Source: Candidatus Ozemobacteraceae bacterium (GTDB taxonomy: Bacteria > Muiribacteriota > Ozemobacteria > Ozemobacterales > Ozemobacteraceae). From it: a DNA stretch of 64,000 nucleotides. Made by a program: the position numbers and the translations under genes. The stretch covers positions 736,001 to 800,000 of the forward strand of contig OZ223236.1 of NCBI GenBank assembly GCA_965140445.1, in the 5' to 3' direction. The notes below the pieces were generated by a model, which saw only the letters and a program-made list of their open reading frames with translations, was not told the origin of the DNA and searched no databases. Of the stretch, positions 1 to 9,453 are shown one piece after another (position 1 is the stretch's first letter; every line of letters begins with the position of its first letter).

Positions 1-1012
1 TTATGTCTTGTTTTTCACACTCTAGTTCCACTGACTCTGGCCAGACGCTTACTTGAACTTCTCCTATATGCCTTTTTTGCAACAGGAGCATGCAAAGTCT
101 TGATTGTCCTATTCCTCCACCTATTGAAAATGGCATTTCTCCCCCAAGTAGGCTCTGATGCCATGAAAGCTTGCTTCTATCTGTGCATCCTCTTATTTCT
201 AACTGCTTGAGAAGGGCTTTTTTATCAACTCTGATTCCCATGGATGAAACCTCAAAAGATGCATCAGTTGCTGGATTATAAACAAGAATGTCACCGTTTA
301 AGCCTGCAGTTCTTTCAGAAGTCGGGGTTGTCCAGTCGTCATAGTCAGGGGCTCTGCCATCGTGAATTTCACCGTTTCCAAGATAGCCTCCGATTCCTAT
401 TAAAAATACTGCTCCAAGCTCTTTGCAGATAGCGTCTTCCCTTTCCTTTGGAGTTTTGTCAGGGTATTTTTCCAGTAAATCTTCAGTGTGAATAAAATGA
501 ATGGTTTCTGGAAGAAAAGGAACTAAATCATATTTGCTGGAGATAAATTTTTCTGAACCAACGAGAGTTGCATAGATTGTAGTAACAGTAGATTTAAGAA
601 AATCCAGGCAGCGATCCTTTTCATCTATGGCTTTTTCCCAGTCCCATTGGTCTACATAAACAGAATGAATAGAAGTTGAAATGGTAGGTTCATCGGGCCT
701 TAAAGCATTCATATCCGTATAAAGGCCTTCTCCTTTTGGAATTTTGTATCTGGCTAATGCAAGCCTTTTCCATTTGGCCAAAGAATGAACAATCTGATAT
801 TCAGCTCCACCTTTGGCCAAAATTTTGAATGAAACTGGTTTTTCGACTCCATTTAAGTCATCCTGAATTCCTGATGAAGCTTCAACAAACATTGGGGCTG
901 AAACTCTATGAAGACTAAGGCTTTCGGCAAGGTTGTCCTCAAAATGCCTTTTAAGATCCAAAATGGCTTTTTCTGTTTGAAGAAGAGAAAGTTTTGCGGA
1001 AGTTTTTAACAT
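1..1012 (-). CDS. asnA: Aspartate--ammonia ligase (asparagine synthetase A); 3' end runs off the window
   Basis: Not in the ORF track. Manual minus-strand translation from ATG at 1012 (AGGAG RBS just upstream) gives MLKTSAKLSLLQTEKAI...RVSAPMFVEASSGIQDDLNGVEKPV...SIGGGIGQSRLCMLLLQKRHIGEVQVSVWP, typical AsnA motifs. Divergent from asnC. Confidence 0.95.
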   Translation of the reverse strand, partial: MLKTSAKLSLLQTEKAILDLKRHFEDNLAESLSLHRVSAPMFVEASSGIQDDLNGVEKPVSFKILAKGGAEYQIVHSLAKWKRLALARYKIPKGEGLYTDMNALRPDEPTISTSIHSVYVDQWDWEKAIDEKDRCLDFLKSTVTTIYATLVGSEKFISSKYDLVPFLPETIHFIHTEDLLEKYPDKTPKEREDAICKELGAVFLIGIGGYLGNGEIHDGRAPDYDDWTTPTSERTAGLNGDILVYNPATDASFEVSSMGIRVDKKALLKQLEIRGCTDRSKLSWHQSLLGGEMPFSIGGGIGQSRLCMLLLQKRHIGEVQVSVWPESVELECEKQDI

Positions 1013-1149
1013 CTGTTACTCCTGAAATGAATGTATTAGTATCTTCGCATAAAAACTACGTAAACATTAATATAAATTCAATGATAAAAGCGTCAAATTA
1101 TTGAATTGTTAAAAAATGAGCTGTAAAATTAGACAAATATCAAAAATAG

Positions 1150-1632
1150 GTGAATAAAATGTCTCCAGATTGCGAAATTGACAATATTGATAGAGAAATA
1201 CTTAAAGAGCTGCGTGAAGATTCCAGAGTTTCATTTCAGGAAATTGCCAGGAAGCTTGGGGTTTCTGGTGGGACAGTGCATGTTCGCGTGAATAAATTGC
1301 GAAAAGCAGGAGTGATTAAGGGATCAAGATTGCTTTTGGATCCTGGACTACTTGGTTTTGATATTTGCGTATTCATTGGCTTGAATTTACACAAAGCCGG
1401 AGATCATATAAGGGTTGTTGAGAAGCTGAAAAAAATGCCTGAAGTGGTTGAAGCTCATTTTACAACTGGCACTTATAGCTTGTTTATTAAGGTTTATGTG
1501 AGCAGTACAGCTGGATTGCATCGATTTCTAGTGGAAAAGCTGCAATCAATTAAAGAAATCCAATCCACAGAAACCCTCGTTTCACTAGATATGCCAATTG
1601 ATCGGGCGCTAGACGTGCAAAAGCGGGACTAG
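1150..1632 (+). CDS. asnC: Lrp/AsnC family transcriptional regulator
   Basis: N-terminal HTH (DNIDREILKEL...IARKLGVSGGTVHVRVNKL) and RAM domain (TTGTYSLF); divergent from asnA as in E. coli. Confidence 0.9.
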   Translation: MNKMSPDCEIDNIDREILKELREDSRVSFQEIARKLGVSGGTVHVRVNKLRKAGVIKGSRLLLDPGLLGFDICVFIGLNLHKAGDHIRVVEKLKKMPEVVEAHFTTGTYSLFIKVYVSSTAGLHRFLVEKLQSIKEIQSTETLVSLDMPIDRALDVQKRD

Positions 1633-1678
1633 ATCTTTATTCATAACCATAACTGAAATTTTAACCCTGGCTGTTTTT

Positions 1679-1711
1679 GTGCAAATCAAAGATTGGATTT
1701 GCACCATTTTT
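1679..1711 (+). terminator. Probable intrinsic terminator after asnC
   Basis: GTGCAAATC...GATTTGCAC inverted repeat followed by CATTTTT. Confidence 0.55.
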
Positions 1712-1781
1712 ATATTAAAAATCAATTTTAAGAATCTTCTAAATCCTCTTCTGGATTGCTTTTTGCCGCAAATAAAAAATT

Positions 1782-1799
1782 AAGAGAAATAATTCACAA
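1782..1799. promoter_or_regulatory. Weak Rex operator next to the -35 element
   Basis: AAGAGAA-ATAA-TTCACAA; right half matches the Rex consensus TTGTGAA-N4-TTCACAA exactly. Confidence 0.5.
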
Positions 1800-1805
1800 A
1801 ATGTC

Positions 1806-1834
1806 TTGACGTACAATTCAAATATGACTATATT
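1806..1834 (+). promoter_or_regulatory. Sigma70-type promoter for rex-hydCBA
   Basis: TTGACG-N17-TATATT. Confidence 0.75.
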
Positions 1835-1866
1835 TAAATCAAGAAAGATTTATCGATAAAAAATTA

Positions 1867-1884
1867 TTGATAAAAAATTCACAA
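1867..1884. promoter_or_regulatory. Rex operator
   Basis: TTGATAA-AAAA-TTCACAA, two mismatches to the Rex consensus, between the promoter and rex. Confidence 0.75.
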
Positions 1885-1985
1885 GCAGAGAATTGGTTTC
1901 CGATAAGCTTTTAGAAACAAAAGTTTAACTTTGAACTTAAGTTTAAAAAACGGATAAAGAGTTTTTAATCAGGAAAAAGGAAATA

Positions 1986-2693
1986 ATGATGAGCAAATCT
2001 CAAAAGAAGGAGACAGAAGTAATGGAAAAGAAAGTTTGGAGCGTTCCAGAGCCTACCCTCAGGCGACTTCCTCTTTACTATCACTACCTTAAAAACCTTC
2101 TTAAAAGAGGGCGAGAAGTTGTTTCCTGCACTCATATCGGCAATGACTTAAACCTTGAACCACCACAAATACGTAAAGATCTGGCATATACAGGAATTCG
2201 CGGTTTGCCAAAAGTTGGCTATCACGTGCCAGTTCTGGTTGAGAGAATTGAAAATTTCTTTGGTTGGAATAATTCATGTGAAGCTTTTCTTGTTGGGGTA
2301 GGTCATCTTGGTCAGGCTTTGTTGGGCTACGAAGGATTTGACCACTATGGTTTCAAAATTGTTGCTGCTTTTGACAGTGACAAGGAAAAGATTGGAAGCA
2401 CAGTTAATGAAATAAAGGTGCTGGATATTGAAAAGTTAACAAACCTCAGCTTGAGAATGAATGTAAAGCTAGGCGTAATCGCGACTCCAATCCAGTTTGC
2501 GCAGGATGTTGCGGATAAGATGATAGAAGGCGGAATTATAGGAATTTGGAACTTTGCACCAACGGCGCTGCAGGTTCCAGAAGGAATCATAGTTCAGAAC
2601 GAAAATATCGCTTCTGGACTGGCCGTACTGTCTAAGAAACTACAATTGCTAATGAAAAATGAACCCTTAAAATCACAGGAGGTTGTCAAATGA
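1986..2693 (+). CDS. rex: Redox-sensing transcriptional repressor Rex (start may be ATG 2022)
   Basis: PEPTLRRLPLY, QIRKDLAY..G.P.VGY, Rossmann GVGHLGQAL, IWNFAP. Confidence 0.95.
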   Translation: MMSKSQKKETEVMEKKVWSVPEPTLRRLPLYYHYLKNLLKRGREVVSCTHIGNDLNLEPPQIRKDLAYTGIRGLPKVGYHVPVLVERIENFFGWNNSCEAFLVGVGHLGQALLGYEGFDHYGFKIVAAFDSDKEKIGSTVNEIKVLDIEKLTNLSLRMNVKLGVIATPIQFAQDVADKMIEGGIIGIWNFAPTALQVPEGIIVQNENIASGLAVLSKKLQLLMKNEPLKSQEVVK

Positions 2694-3190
2694 CAGTGGA
2701 ATCTGGCAGCATGATGAGAAAATTTGAAAAGGTCTGTGAAATTCTTGAACGTTACGAATGTGACGAATCAAAACTTATTCCAATTTTACAGGCAGTCCAG
2801 GAAGAGTATCGATATCTACCTGAAGAAGTTATGACCTATGTGGCTACTTCTTTAAGAATCCCCCCTGCACAAGTGTTTGGCGTTGCCACCTTCTATTCAC
2901 ACTTCGCTCTTTCTCCAAAGGGAAAATACGTTATCAAGATATGTGATGGAACTGCGTGTCATGTTAAAAAGTCTATTCCAATATTGGAAGCACTTATGAA
3001 GAGGTTAAATCTTACTTTTGACAAAATGACCACTGAAGACATGATGTTTACAATTGAAACCGTTTCCTGTCTTGGTGCCTGTGGCCTTGCCCCGGTTTTG
3101 GTTATTAATGAAGAAGTTCATGGACTTATGACTCCAGAGTCCTCTGTGGCTTTAATTGATGAGCTTGTAAGTAAGGAGGAAGCCAAATGA
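2690..3190 (+). CDS. hydC: [FeFe]-hydrogenase HydC (NuoE-like 2Fe-2S subunit)
   Basis: GVATFYSHF, CDGTAC, CLGACGLAP; start overlaps the rex stop. Confidence 0.9.
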   Translation: MTVESGSMMRKFEKVCEILERYECDESKLIPILQAVQEEYRYLPEEVMTYVATSLRIPPAQVFGVATFYSHFALSPKGKYVIKICDGTACHVKKSIPILEALMKRLNLTFDKMTTEDMMFTIETVSCLGACGLAPVLVINEEVHGLMTPESSVALIDELVSKEEAK

Positions 3191-5076
3191 CAAACAGCAA
3201 TATAGACCTTAAAGAAATTAAGAAAATTTACGAAGAAAACGAAATAGAAAGACGCGTTGTTGTTTGCGCTGGCACAGCATGTGTAGCTAACGGAGCCCTT
3301 TCTTTAATAGACGAGCTTGTGAAAAAAATCACTGAAGCAGGAATTAAAGTAAAAGTTGAAGCACACAAGCACGAAGAACATGATCTACGCCTTTCAAAAA
3401 GTGGCTGTCACGGCTTCTGCCAGATGGGACCACTTGTAACAATAATGCCTGAAAACATTCTTTACACCAAAGCTAAAGCTTCAGACGCTGAAGAAATCGT
3501 CAAGGAAACTTTGATTGGTGGCAGAATCGTTGAAAGATTACTTTTTAAAGATCCAAACACTGGTAAAACTGCAAAAGGCAGCGAAGAAATAAATTTTTAC
3601 AATCGGCAGAAAAGAACTGTTTTAAGCGAATGCGGACACATTGATCCTGAAGATATTAATGAATACATTGCTCATGGCGGCTATGAAGGTGCAAGAAGAT
3701 CTTATGTAGATCTTAAAGCTGAGACCGTATGCGAAGAAATGATTGCTTCTGGCCTTAGAGGCCGTGGCGGCGGAGGATTCCCTACTGGAAAAAAATGGGA
3801 CCTCACAAGAGTTCAGCCTGCTGGCAAAAAATATGTTATCTGTAATGCTGATGAGGGTGATCCTGGAGCGTTCATGGATAGAAGTGTTATGGAAGGAAAC
3901 CCACATGCCGTAATCGAAGGTATGATGATTGCTTCCAGAGCTATTGGTGGAAATGAAGGCGTAATATATGTTCGTGCTGAGTATCCGCTGGCAGTTGCGA
4001 GAGTTAAAAAAGCTGTTGCTGAAGCTGAAAAACTGGGACTTCTTGGAGATAACATTTTTGGTTCCGGTTTATCCTTCAAAATTAGTGTAATGGAAGGCGC
4101 GGGCGCTTTTGTTTGCGGCGAAGAAACTGCGCTGATGGCTTCTGTTGAAGGTAAACGCGGGATGCCGATGCCTAAACCTCCATTTCCAGCAGAAAGTGGC
4201 TTGTTTGGTAAGCCAACTGTAATCAACAACGTTGAAACTCTTGCTTGTGTTCCTCTTATCATGAGAAAAGGCGCAGCCTGGTTCAGAGAAAGCGGAACAG
4301 CAGGTTCTCCCGGAACAAAAACATTTGCTCTCACCGGACATGTTGCAAATACAGGTTTGATAGAAGTGCCATTTGGAACTCCTGTAAGAGAAATTATTTT
4401 TAACATCGGCGGCGGAGTAACTGATGATCGCGGCAACCTTATGCCTGACGGATTTAAAGCTGTTCAAATTGGTGGTCCATCAGGTGGATGCTTGATCGAA
4501 GATCATCTTGATTTGCCTCTTGATTTTGACTCTCTAAAAAGCGTTGGCGCAATGGTTGGTTCTGGTGGCCTTGTTGTTATGAATAAGGATACTTGCATGG
4601 TTTCTATTGCTAGATTTTTCATGCAGTTTACTCAGAATGAGTCCTGCGGAAAATGTGTCCTTTGCCGTGAAGGAACCAAACAGATGTTGGTTATGCTGGA
4701 TGACATCATGGAAGGCAACGCAGACGAAACTACCCTTGATAATCTGGAAAGACTTGCAAAAGCAGTTGCCAAAGGTTCTCTTTGTGGCCTGGGTAAAACC
4801 GCTCCAAGTCCTGTGCTTTCAACTTTGAGATACTTCAGAAGCGAGTATGAAGCACATGTTTACCAGAAGCGATGTCCAGCTGGACAGTGTAAAGCACTGG
4901 CTAAACCAGAAATAAATCCTGAGCTTTGTAAAGGTTGCACACTTTGCGCCAGAAAATGCCCTGTTAATGCTATTTCCGGTGAAGTGAAAAAGCCTCATGT
5001 AATTGATGCTGATGCTTGTATCAAGTGTGGTGCCTGCGCAGCTGCCTGTAATTTCAACGCTATTTCGGGGGTGTAA
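3187..5076 (+). CDS. hydB: [FeFe]-hydrogenase HydB (NuoF-like NADH/FMN subunit), bifurcating type
   Basis: N-terminal thioredoxin-like 2Fe-2S cysteines, GLRGRGGGGF, NADEGDPGAFMD, GAFVCGEETAL, GGPSGG, ESCGKC, C-terminal 2x[4Fe-4S]. Confidence 0.92.
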   Translation: MTNSNIDLKEIKKIYEENEIERRVVVCAGTACVANGALSLIDELVKKITEAGIKVKVEAHKHEEHDLRLSKSGCHGFCQMGPLVTIMPENILYTKAKASDAEEIVKETLIGGRIVERLLFKDPNTGKTAKGSEEINFYNRQKRTVLSECGHIDPEDINEYIAHGGYEGARRSYVDLKAETVCEEMIASGLRGRGGGGFPTGKKWDLTRVQPAGKKYVICNADEGDPGAFMDRSVMEGNPHAVIEGMMIASRAIGGNEGVIYVRAEYPLAVARVKKAVAEAEKLGLLGDNIFGSGLSFKISVMEGAGAFVCGEETALMASVEGKRGMPMPKPPFPAESGLFGKPTVINNVETLACVPLIMRKGAAWFRESGTAGSPGTKTFALTGHVANTGLIEVPFGTPVREIIFNIGGGVTDDRGNLMPDGFKAVQIGGPSGGCLIEDHLDLPLDFDSLKSVGAMVGSGGLVVMNKDTCMVSIARFFMQFTQNESCGKCVLCREGTKQMLVMLDDIMEGNADETTLDNLERLAKAVAKGSLCGLGKTAPSPVLSTLRYFRSEYEAHVYQKRCPAGQCKALAKPEINPELCKGCTLCARKCPVNAISGEVKKPHVIDADACIKCGACAAACNFNAISGV

Positions 5077-5079
5077 GCA

Positions 5080-7098
5080 ATGTCAAAAGAAAAACAAACA
5101 CTAATAGTAGACAATAAAGAAGTTAAAATCGAAGGCGAAAGAAACCTTCTTGAATTAATTAGAAAAGCTGGAATCGAGATTCCTACCTTCTGCTATCACT
5201 CCGAACTAAGCATTTATGGTGCATGTCGTTTGTGCCTGGTTGATGTTGAGGGAAGAGGAATTCAGGCTTCCTGCTCAGTCATACCCGAAGCCGGAATGAA
5301 AATTCGCACTTCAACCGAAGAAATTCGTGAAATTCGCAAAATCTCAGTTGAACTTCTTCTTGCAAACCATTCTGTAGAATGCCCAACTTGCCCTAAGAGC
5401 TCTTCATGTAAGCTCGAAGATATAGCTCGCAAGCTTGGGGTTAAAGAAGTTCGCTTCAAAAAAGCATACAAGCCTATTCCAAAAGATTTTTCATCTGATT
5501 CTCTGGTAAGAGATCCCAACAAATGTATTCTTTGTGGCGACTGTGTAAGATACTGCAAAGAAATCCAAAGCGTTGGCGCAATTGATTTTGCATATCGCGG
5601 TAAAGACACAATTGTTACTCCAGCTTTTAATAAGGACATGGCAAGCGTTGAATGTGTAAACTGTGGCCAGTGTGCTGCTGTTTGCCCTGTAGGAGCCATA
5701 ACTGTTAAGTCTGAAGTTGATAAGGTTTTTAAAGAACTGGATAATCAGGAAAAAACAGTTGTTGTCCAGATTGCTCCAGCAGTGCGGGTTGCACTTGGTG
5801 AACAATTCGGCATGACTTCTGGTGATATTGTAACTGGAAAAATTACCGCTGCTCTTAAAGCAATGGGCTTTGCAAAAGTTTTCGATACTTCTTTTGCAGC
5901 TGATCTTACAGTAGTTGAAGAAGCAAATGAATTTCTCACCAGAATGCAGAAAGGCGAAAATCTTCCTCAGTTTACTTCTTGTTGCCCTGGCTGGGTAAAA
6001 TTTGCCGAACAATACTATCCGGAAATTATTCCTGGTTTATCTTCTTGTAAGTCTCCCCAGCAGATGTTTGGTGCGCTTGGAAGAGAAGTCTTGCCAGAGT
6101 TGCTTGGCGTAAAAAATGAAAACCTTGTTATCGTTTCGATAATGCCTTGCACGGCCAAGAAATATGAAGCTCGCCGCGATGAATTCAAGAAAGATGGAAT
6201 CGCAGAAGTTGATTATGTTCTTACCACCCAGGAACTTAGCCAGATGATCGAAGCTTATGGAATCAAATTTAACGAACTGGAGCCAGAATCCTTGGATCTT
6301 CCATTGGGATTCAAAACAGGCGCAGGCGTAATTTTCGGAACATCTGGTGGCGTTACAGAAGCGGTTCTTCGCTATTCAGTAGAAAAGCTTACCGGTAGAA
6401 AACTTGAGAACGTAGACTTTGACTGTGTTCGCGGTGAAGATGGGTTACGCGAAGTTTCCCTGAATGTTGAAGGAACTGAAGTTAAACTTTGCGTGGTTCA
6501 CGGGTTAAAGAATGCAAGAAAAGTTGCTGAACAGGTTAAAGCTGGAACTTGTCCTTATCACATAATCGAAGTTATGGCATGTCCTGGTGGATGTGTTGGT
6601 GGAGCAGGACAGCCCATCAATCATGAAACCAGAGCAACTGTTAAACGCAGAGCAAAAGGCCTTTACGAAGCAGACAAAATGCTTCAATTACATACCTCAC
6701 AGGAAAATCCTTACATCCAGGAAACTTATGAAAAGACTCTTGGCGAAATAGGGGGCCACAAGGCGCACGAATTGCTCCATACTACTTACCAGTCACGAAA
6801 GAGGATTTCCGACAAAGGAATGGCTCTTATGACCGGAACAGATGCAGAAAAAATTGATATCAAAGTCTGTGTTGGAACCAACTGCTATTTAAAAGGTTCT
6901 CAGGATATCCTGAAATCTCTCACAAAATACGTTACCAATAACAATCTTGAATCCTCTGTAGACATACAGGCGACATTCTGCTTTGAAAACTGCGGAAAAG
7001 CTCCAAATCTCATGGTTGGCGATCTGCTTATCAGCGAAGGCAATCACGAGAAAGCCGTAAAGGCTATTGAAGCTGCACTTCGCAAAAAATCATCCTAG
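5080..7098 (+). CDS. hydA: [FeFe]-hydrogenase catalytic subunit HydA (group A3) with C-terminal thioredoxin-like 2Fe-2S domain
   Basis: H-cluster motifs TSCCPGW, MPCTAKKYE, EVMACPGGCVGGAGQP; N-terminal FeS clusters; C-terminal CVGTNC...CFENC. Confidence 0.95.
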   Translation: MSKEKQTLIVDNKEVKIEGERNLLELIRKAGIEIPTFCYHSELSIYGACRLCLVDVEGRGIQASCSVIPEAGMKIRTSTEEIREIRKISVELLLANHSVECPTCPKSSSCKLEDIARKLGVKEVRFKKAYKPIPKDFSSDSLVRDPNKCILCGDCVRYCKEIQSVGAIDFAYRGKDTIVTPAFNKDMASVECVNCGQCAAVCPVGAITVKSEVDKVFKELDNQEKTVVVQIAPAVRVALGEQFGMTSGDIVTGKITAALKAMGFAKVFDTSFAADLTVVEEANEFLTRMQKGENLPQFTSCCPGWVKFAEQYYPEIIPGLSSCKSPQQMFGALGREVLPELLGVKNENLVIVSIMPCTAKKYEARRDEFKKDGIAEVDYVLTTQELSQMIEAYGIKFNELEPESLDLPLGFKTGAGVIFGTSGGVTEAVLRYSVEKLTGRKLENVDFDCVRGEDGLREVSLNVEGTEVKLCVVHGLKNARKVAEQVKAGTCPYHIIEVMACPGGCVGGAGQPINHETRATVKRRAKGLYEADKMLQLHTSQENPYIQETYEKTLGEIGGHKAHELLHTTYQSRKRISDKGMALMTGTDAEKIDIKVCVGTNCYLKGSQDILKSLTKYVTNNNLESSVDIQATFCFENCGKAPNLMVGDLLISEGNHEKAVKAIEAALRKKSS

Positions 7099-7117
7099 TG
7101 TACACTCCAACAGTTGG

Positions 7118-7160
7118 GGCCCGGAGTTGTTTAAATGCAACTCCGCGGGCCTTCTCTTTT
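7118..7160 (+). terminator. Intrinsic terminator after hydA
   Basis: GGCCCGGAGTTG...CAACTCCGCGGGCC stem followed by TTCTCTTTT. Confidence 0.65.
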
Positions 7161-7310
7161 GGCTCAAACTGGAAGACATTCCAGATTCCTATATCTCTCC
7201 ATCCTTAGTTGGATCTGGGAGCTAGCCCTCCCAGATTCCAGCTAAATCTTCAAAAACTTGAATTCAGAGTCCGATCGAAACTGAATTTTTTTTATATAAA
7301 TTTTCTGGTG

Positions 7311-7328
7311 TTGTGAAAAAAATCACGA
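7311..7328. promoter_or_regulatory. Rex operator upstream of the hfs-like operon
   Basis: TTGTGAA-AAAA-ATCACGA, two mismatches to the Rex consensus. Confidence 0.75.
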
Positions 7329-7453
7329 AACCAAAACCCTACGAATGCAATAGGTGAAATTCCTTTGCAGAAAGCTTTTAAAGACTTAAGCAAAGCATTA
7401 CAAACGCGAAAGATCTAATTTTTTTGTTGCCTTAACAGGGAAAGGTGATAGCC

Positions 7454-7717
7454 ATGGGGAATGAAAGTAAACACAAGATAACGATTTGTATGGGTAGTTC
7501 CTGCTTTACCAGAGGAAACAACAAGAGTGTTGAGATAGTTAAAACCTATCTTGAGCAAAACAATCTGGAAGCCGAAGTCGAATTTGTTGGTAGTCTTTGC
7601 CACAATAAGTGCAAATGCGGGCCAATAATAATCGTCGACGATCAGGTGTTTGAAAGGGTCTCTACTCAGTCAGTGACTGAGATTCTTGATCACGTGTTCA
7701 ACGGAGGTGCAGTATGA
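7454..7717 (+). CDS. Small thioredoxin-like 2Fe-2S ferredoxin (HfsA-like)
   Basis: CMGSSC...CHNKCKCGP; first gene of an hfsABC-like arrangement; ATG 7454 follows AGGTG. Confidence 0.8.
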   Translation: MGNESKHKITICMGSSCFTRGNNKSVEIVKTYLEQNNLEAEVEFVGSLCHNKCKCGPIIIVDDQVFERVSTQSVTEILDHVFNGGAV

Positions 7718-9453
7718 ACGAATTAATGCCCGTTTTCACCCAGAAGGCCGATTGCCAGGACTGCTACAAATGTGTTCGCGAATGCCCTGTAAAAGCAATT
7801 AAAATTGAAAACAACAGCGCAGCTATAATTGAAGATCTCTGCATTCACTGCGGAAGATGTGTTCAGGTTTGCCCGGTGGGAGCCAAAAAGGTTAGAGACG
7901 ATATTGATCATGTCAGACAGTTGTTTAATCTTGGGCGAAAAGTATATGTCTCTCTTGCTCCCTCCTGGAAAGTAGAATTTACAGGATTAGAGAAGTCTCA
8001 AATAATAGATTCCCTTATGAAGTTAGGTTTTGCTGGGGTGTCTGAAACCGCGCTGGGAGCTCAGGAAGTTTCATCCCACATTGCTTCGTTTTTAAACAAT
8101 TCTTCGGGAAAAATTTTTCTTTCCTCTGCTTGTCCTACTGTCGTAGAAATGATCTATAAGTATCATCCTGAATATTCAGATTATGTGACGCCTCTTTTTT
8201 CTCCTGCTGTTTCACATGCTTATTTACTAAAAGAAACTTTTGGAAACGAAATCGATGTTGTGTTTATTGGTCCATGTGTTGGCAAAAAAACTGAATCTGA
8301 TCGCCATCAGGACTTTTTGAGCTGTTCTTTAACTTTTGAAGATCTGCACAAATGGTTAGAAAGAGAAGGAGTCGTTCCAGAAAGCTTTGCCAGATCAAGT
8401 GGTTCTGATTTTGTCCCAAAGAGTGCTTCTGAAGGCGGATTATATCCAATTGATGGTGGTATGATTACTGGGATAAAAGAAGGCTGCACCAAAGATAATT
8501 CGGAATTCATGTGTTTTTCTGGAATTTCAGCTATTAATTCCGCTCTAAAAGAAATCGAAAATTTCAGATCCGGCAAAAATCTTTTTATAGAGCTTATGGC
8601 CTGTCCTGGCGGATGCGTGAACGGGCCTTTAATGCGCAATGAAAATGCTACCGCAAGAAAAAATTCAAAAATTGTAAACAGCGTTGAATATGAAAAAAAT
8701 CTTGTTCCAAGAGTGCCGACGCTGGATATTTCTACAGAATTTTACATTTTGCCTATTGAAAAGCACAGGTATTCAGAAAGCAGAATTCAAAGTGCTCTAA
8801 GAAAAATAGGAAAGTTTACTTCCCGTGATGAACTGAATTGTGGCAGCTGTGGCTACGATTCCTGCAGAGATTTCGGTATTGCCCTGCTCGATGGCAAAGC
8901 TCAGGAGAATATGTGTGTGTCTTTTATGCGGAAACTGGCCAGCAAAAAGGCGAATGCATTGATTAGAACCATGCCTGCAGGAGTGGTTATTGTGAACTCA
9001 GATCTATCGATTATTGAGTGTAACCGTCGCTTTGCATCTATTTTTGGTTCTGACACAGAAATGGTTTTCGATGCTTCCCCTGGCATGGAAGGCGCTGGCA
9101 TTCAGAAGATCATTCCTTTCTTTAAGGCATTTAAAAAAGTTCTTGTAACCGGTGAAGACTGGTTAGATAAAGACATCTCATACAATGACAAACAGCTGAA
9201 TGTTTCAATTTTTACCATAGAAAAGCATCGGGTTGTGGGCGCAGTAATTCAGGATATTCAGGTCCCGCATGTGCGCAGAGATCAAGTTGTAAAAAGAGTT
9301 GAAGATGTAATTAATCTTAACCTGCAAACGGTTCAGAAAATAGCTTACCTTCTGGGTGAGAATGCCTCTGAAACAGAAATTATGCTCAATGGAGTTCTGG
9401 AAGCCTTTGGGCAGAAAGCTACCGAAATTGAGGAAATAAAAAATGTCTCATAA
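7714..9453 (+). CDS. PAS-domain sensory [FeFe]-hydrogenase (group C, HydS/HfsB-like), copy 1
   Basis: 2x[4Fe-4S], variant H-cluster motifs SSACPTV, GPCVGKKTE, ELMACPGGCVNGP; FeS motif CGSCGYDSC; C-terminal PAS (MPAGVVIVNSDLSIIECNRRF). Confidence 0.88.
   Translation: MNELMPVFTQKADCQDCYKCVRECPVKAIKIENNSAAIIEDLCIHCGRCVQVCPVGAKKVRDDIDHVRQLFNLGRKVYVSLAPSWKVEFTGLEKSQIIDSLMKLGFAGVSETALGAQEVSSHIASFLNNSSGKIFLSSACPTVVEMIYKYHPEYSDYVTPLFSPAVSHAYLLKETFGNEIDVVFIGPCVGKKTESDRHQDFLSCSLTFEDLHKWLEREGVVPESFARSSGSDFVPKSASEGGLYPIDGGMITGIKEGCTKDNSEFMCFSGISAINSALKEIENFRSGKNLFIELMACPGGCVNGPLMRNENATARKNSKIVNSVEYEKNLVPRVPTLDISTEFYILPIEKHRYSESRIQSALRKIGKFTSRDELNCGSCGYDSCRDFGIALLDGKAQENMCVSFMRKLASKKANALIRTMPAGVVIVNSDLSIIECNRRFASIFGSDTEMVFDASPGMEGAGIQKIIPFFKAFKKVLVTGEDWLDKDISYNDKQLNVSIFTIEKHRVVGAVIQDIQVPHVRRDQVVKRVEDVINLNLQTVQKIAYLLGENASETEIMLNGVLEAFGQKATEIEEIKNVS

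Noticed and set aside
244..432. 62 aa plus-strand ORF in the track
   Set aside because: Antisense shadow of asnA, which the track missed because its stop lies outside the window.
2690..5076. Respiratory complex I nuoE/nuoF
   Set aside because: Followed by an H-cluster subunit and no other nuo genes, so these are hydrogenase subunits.
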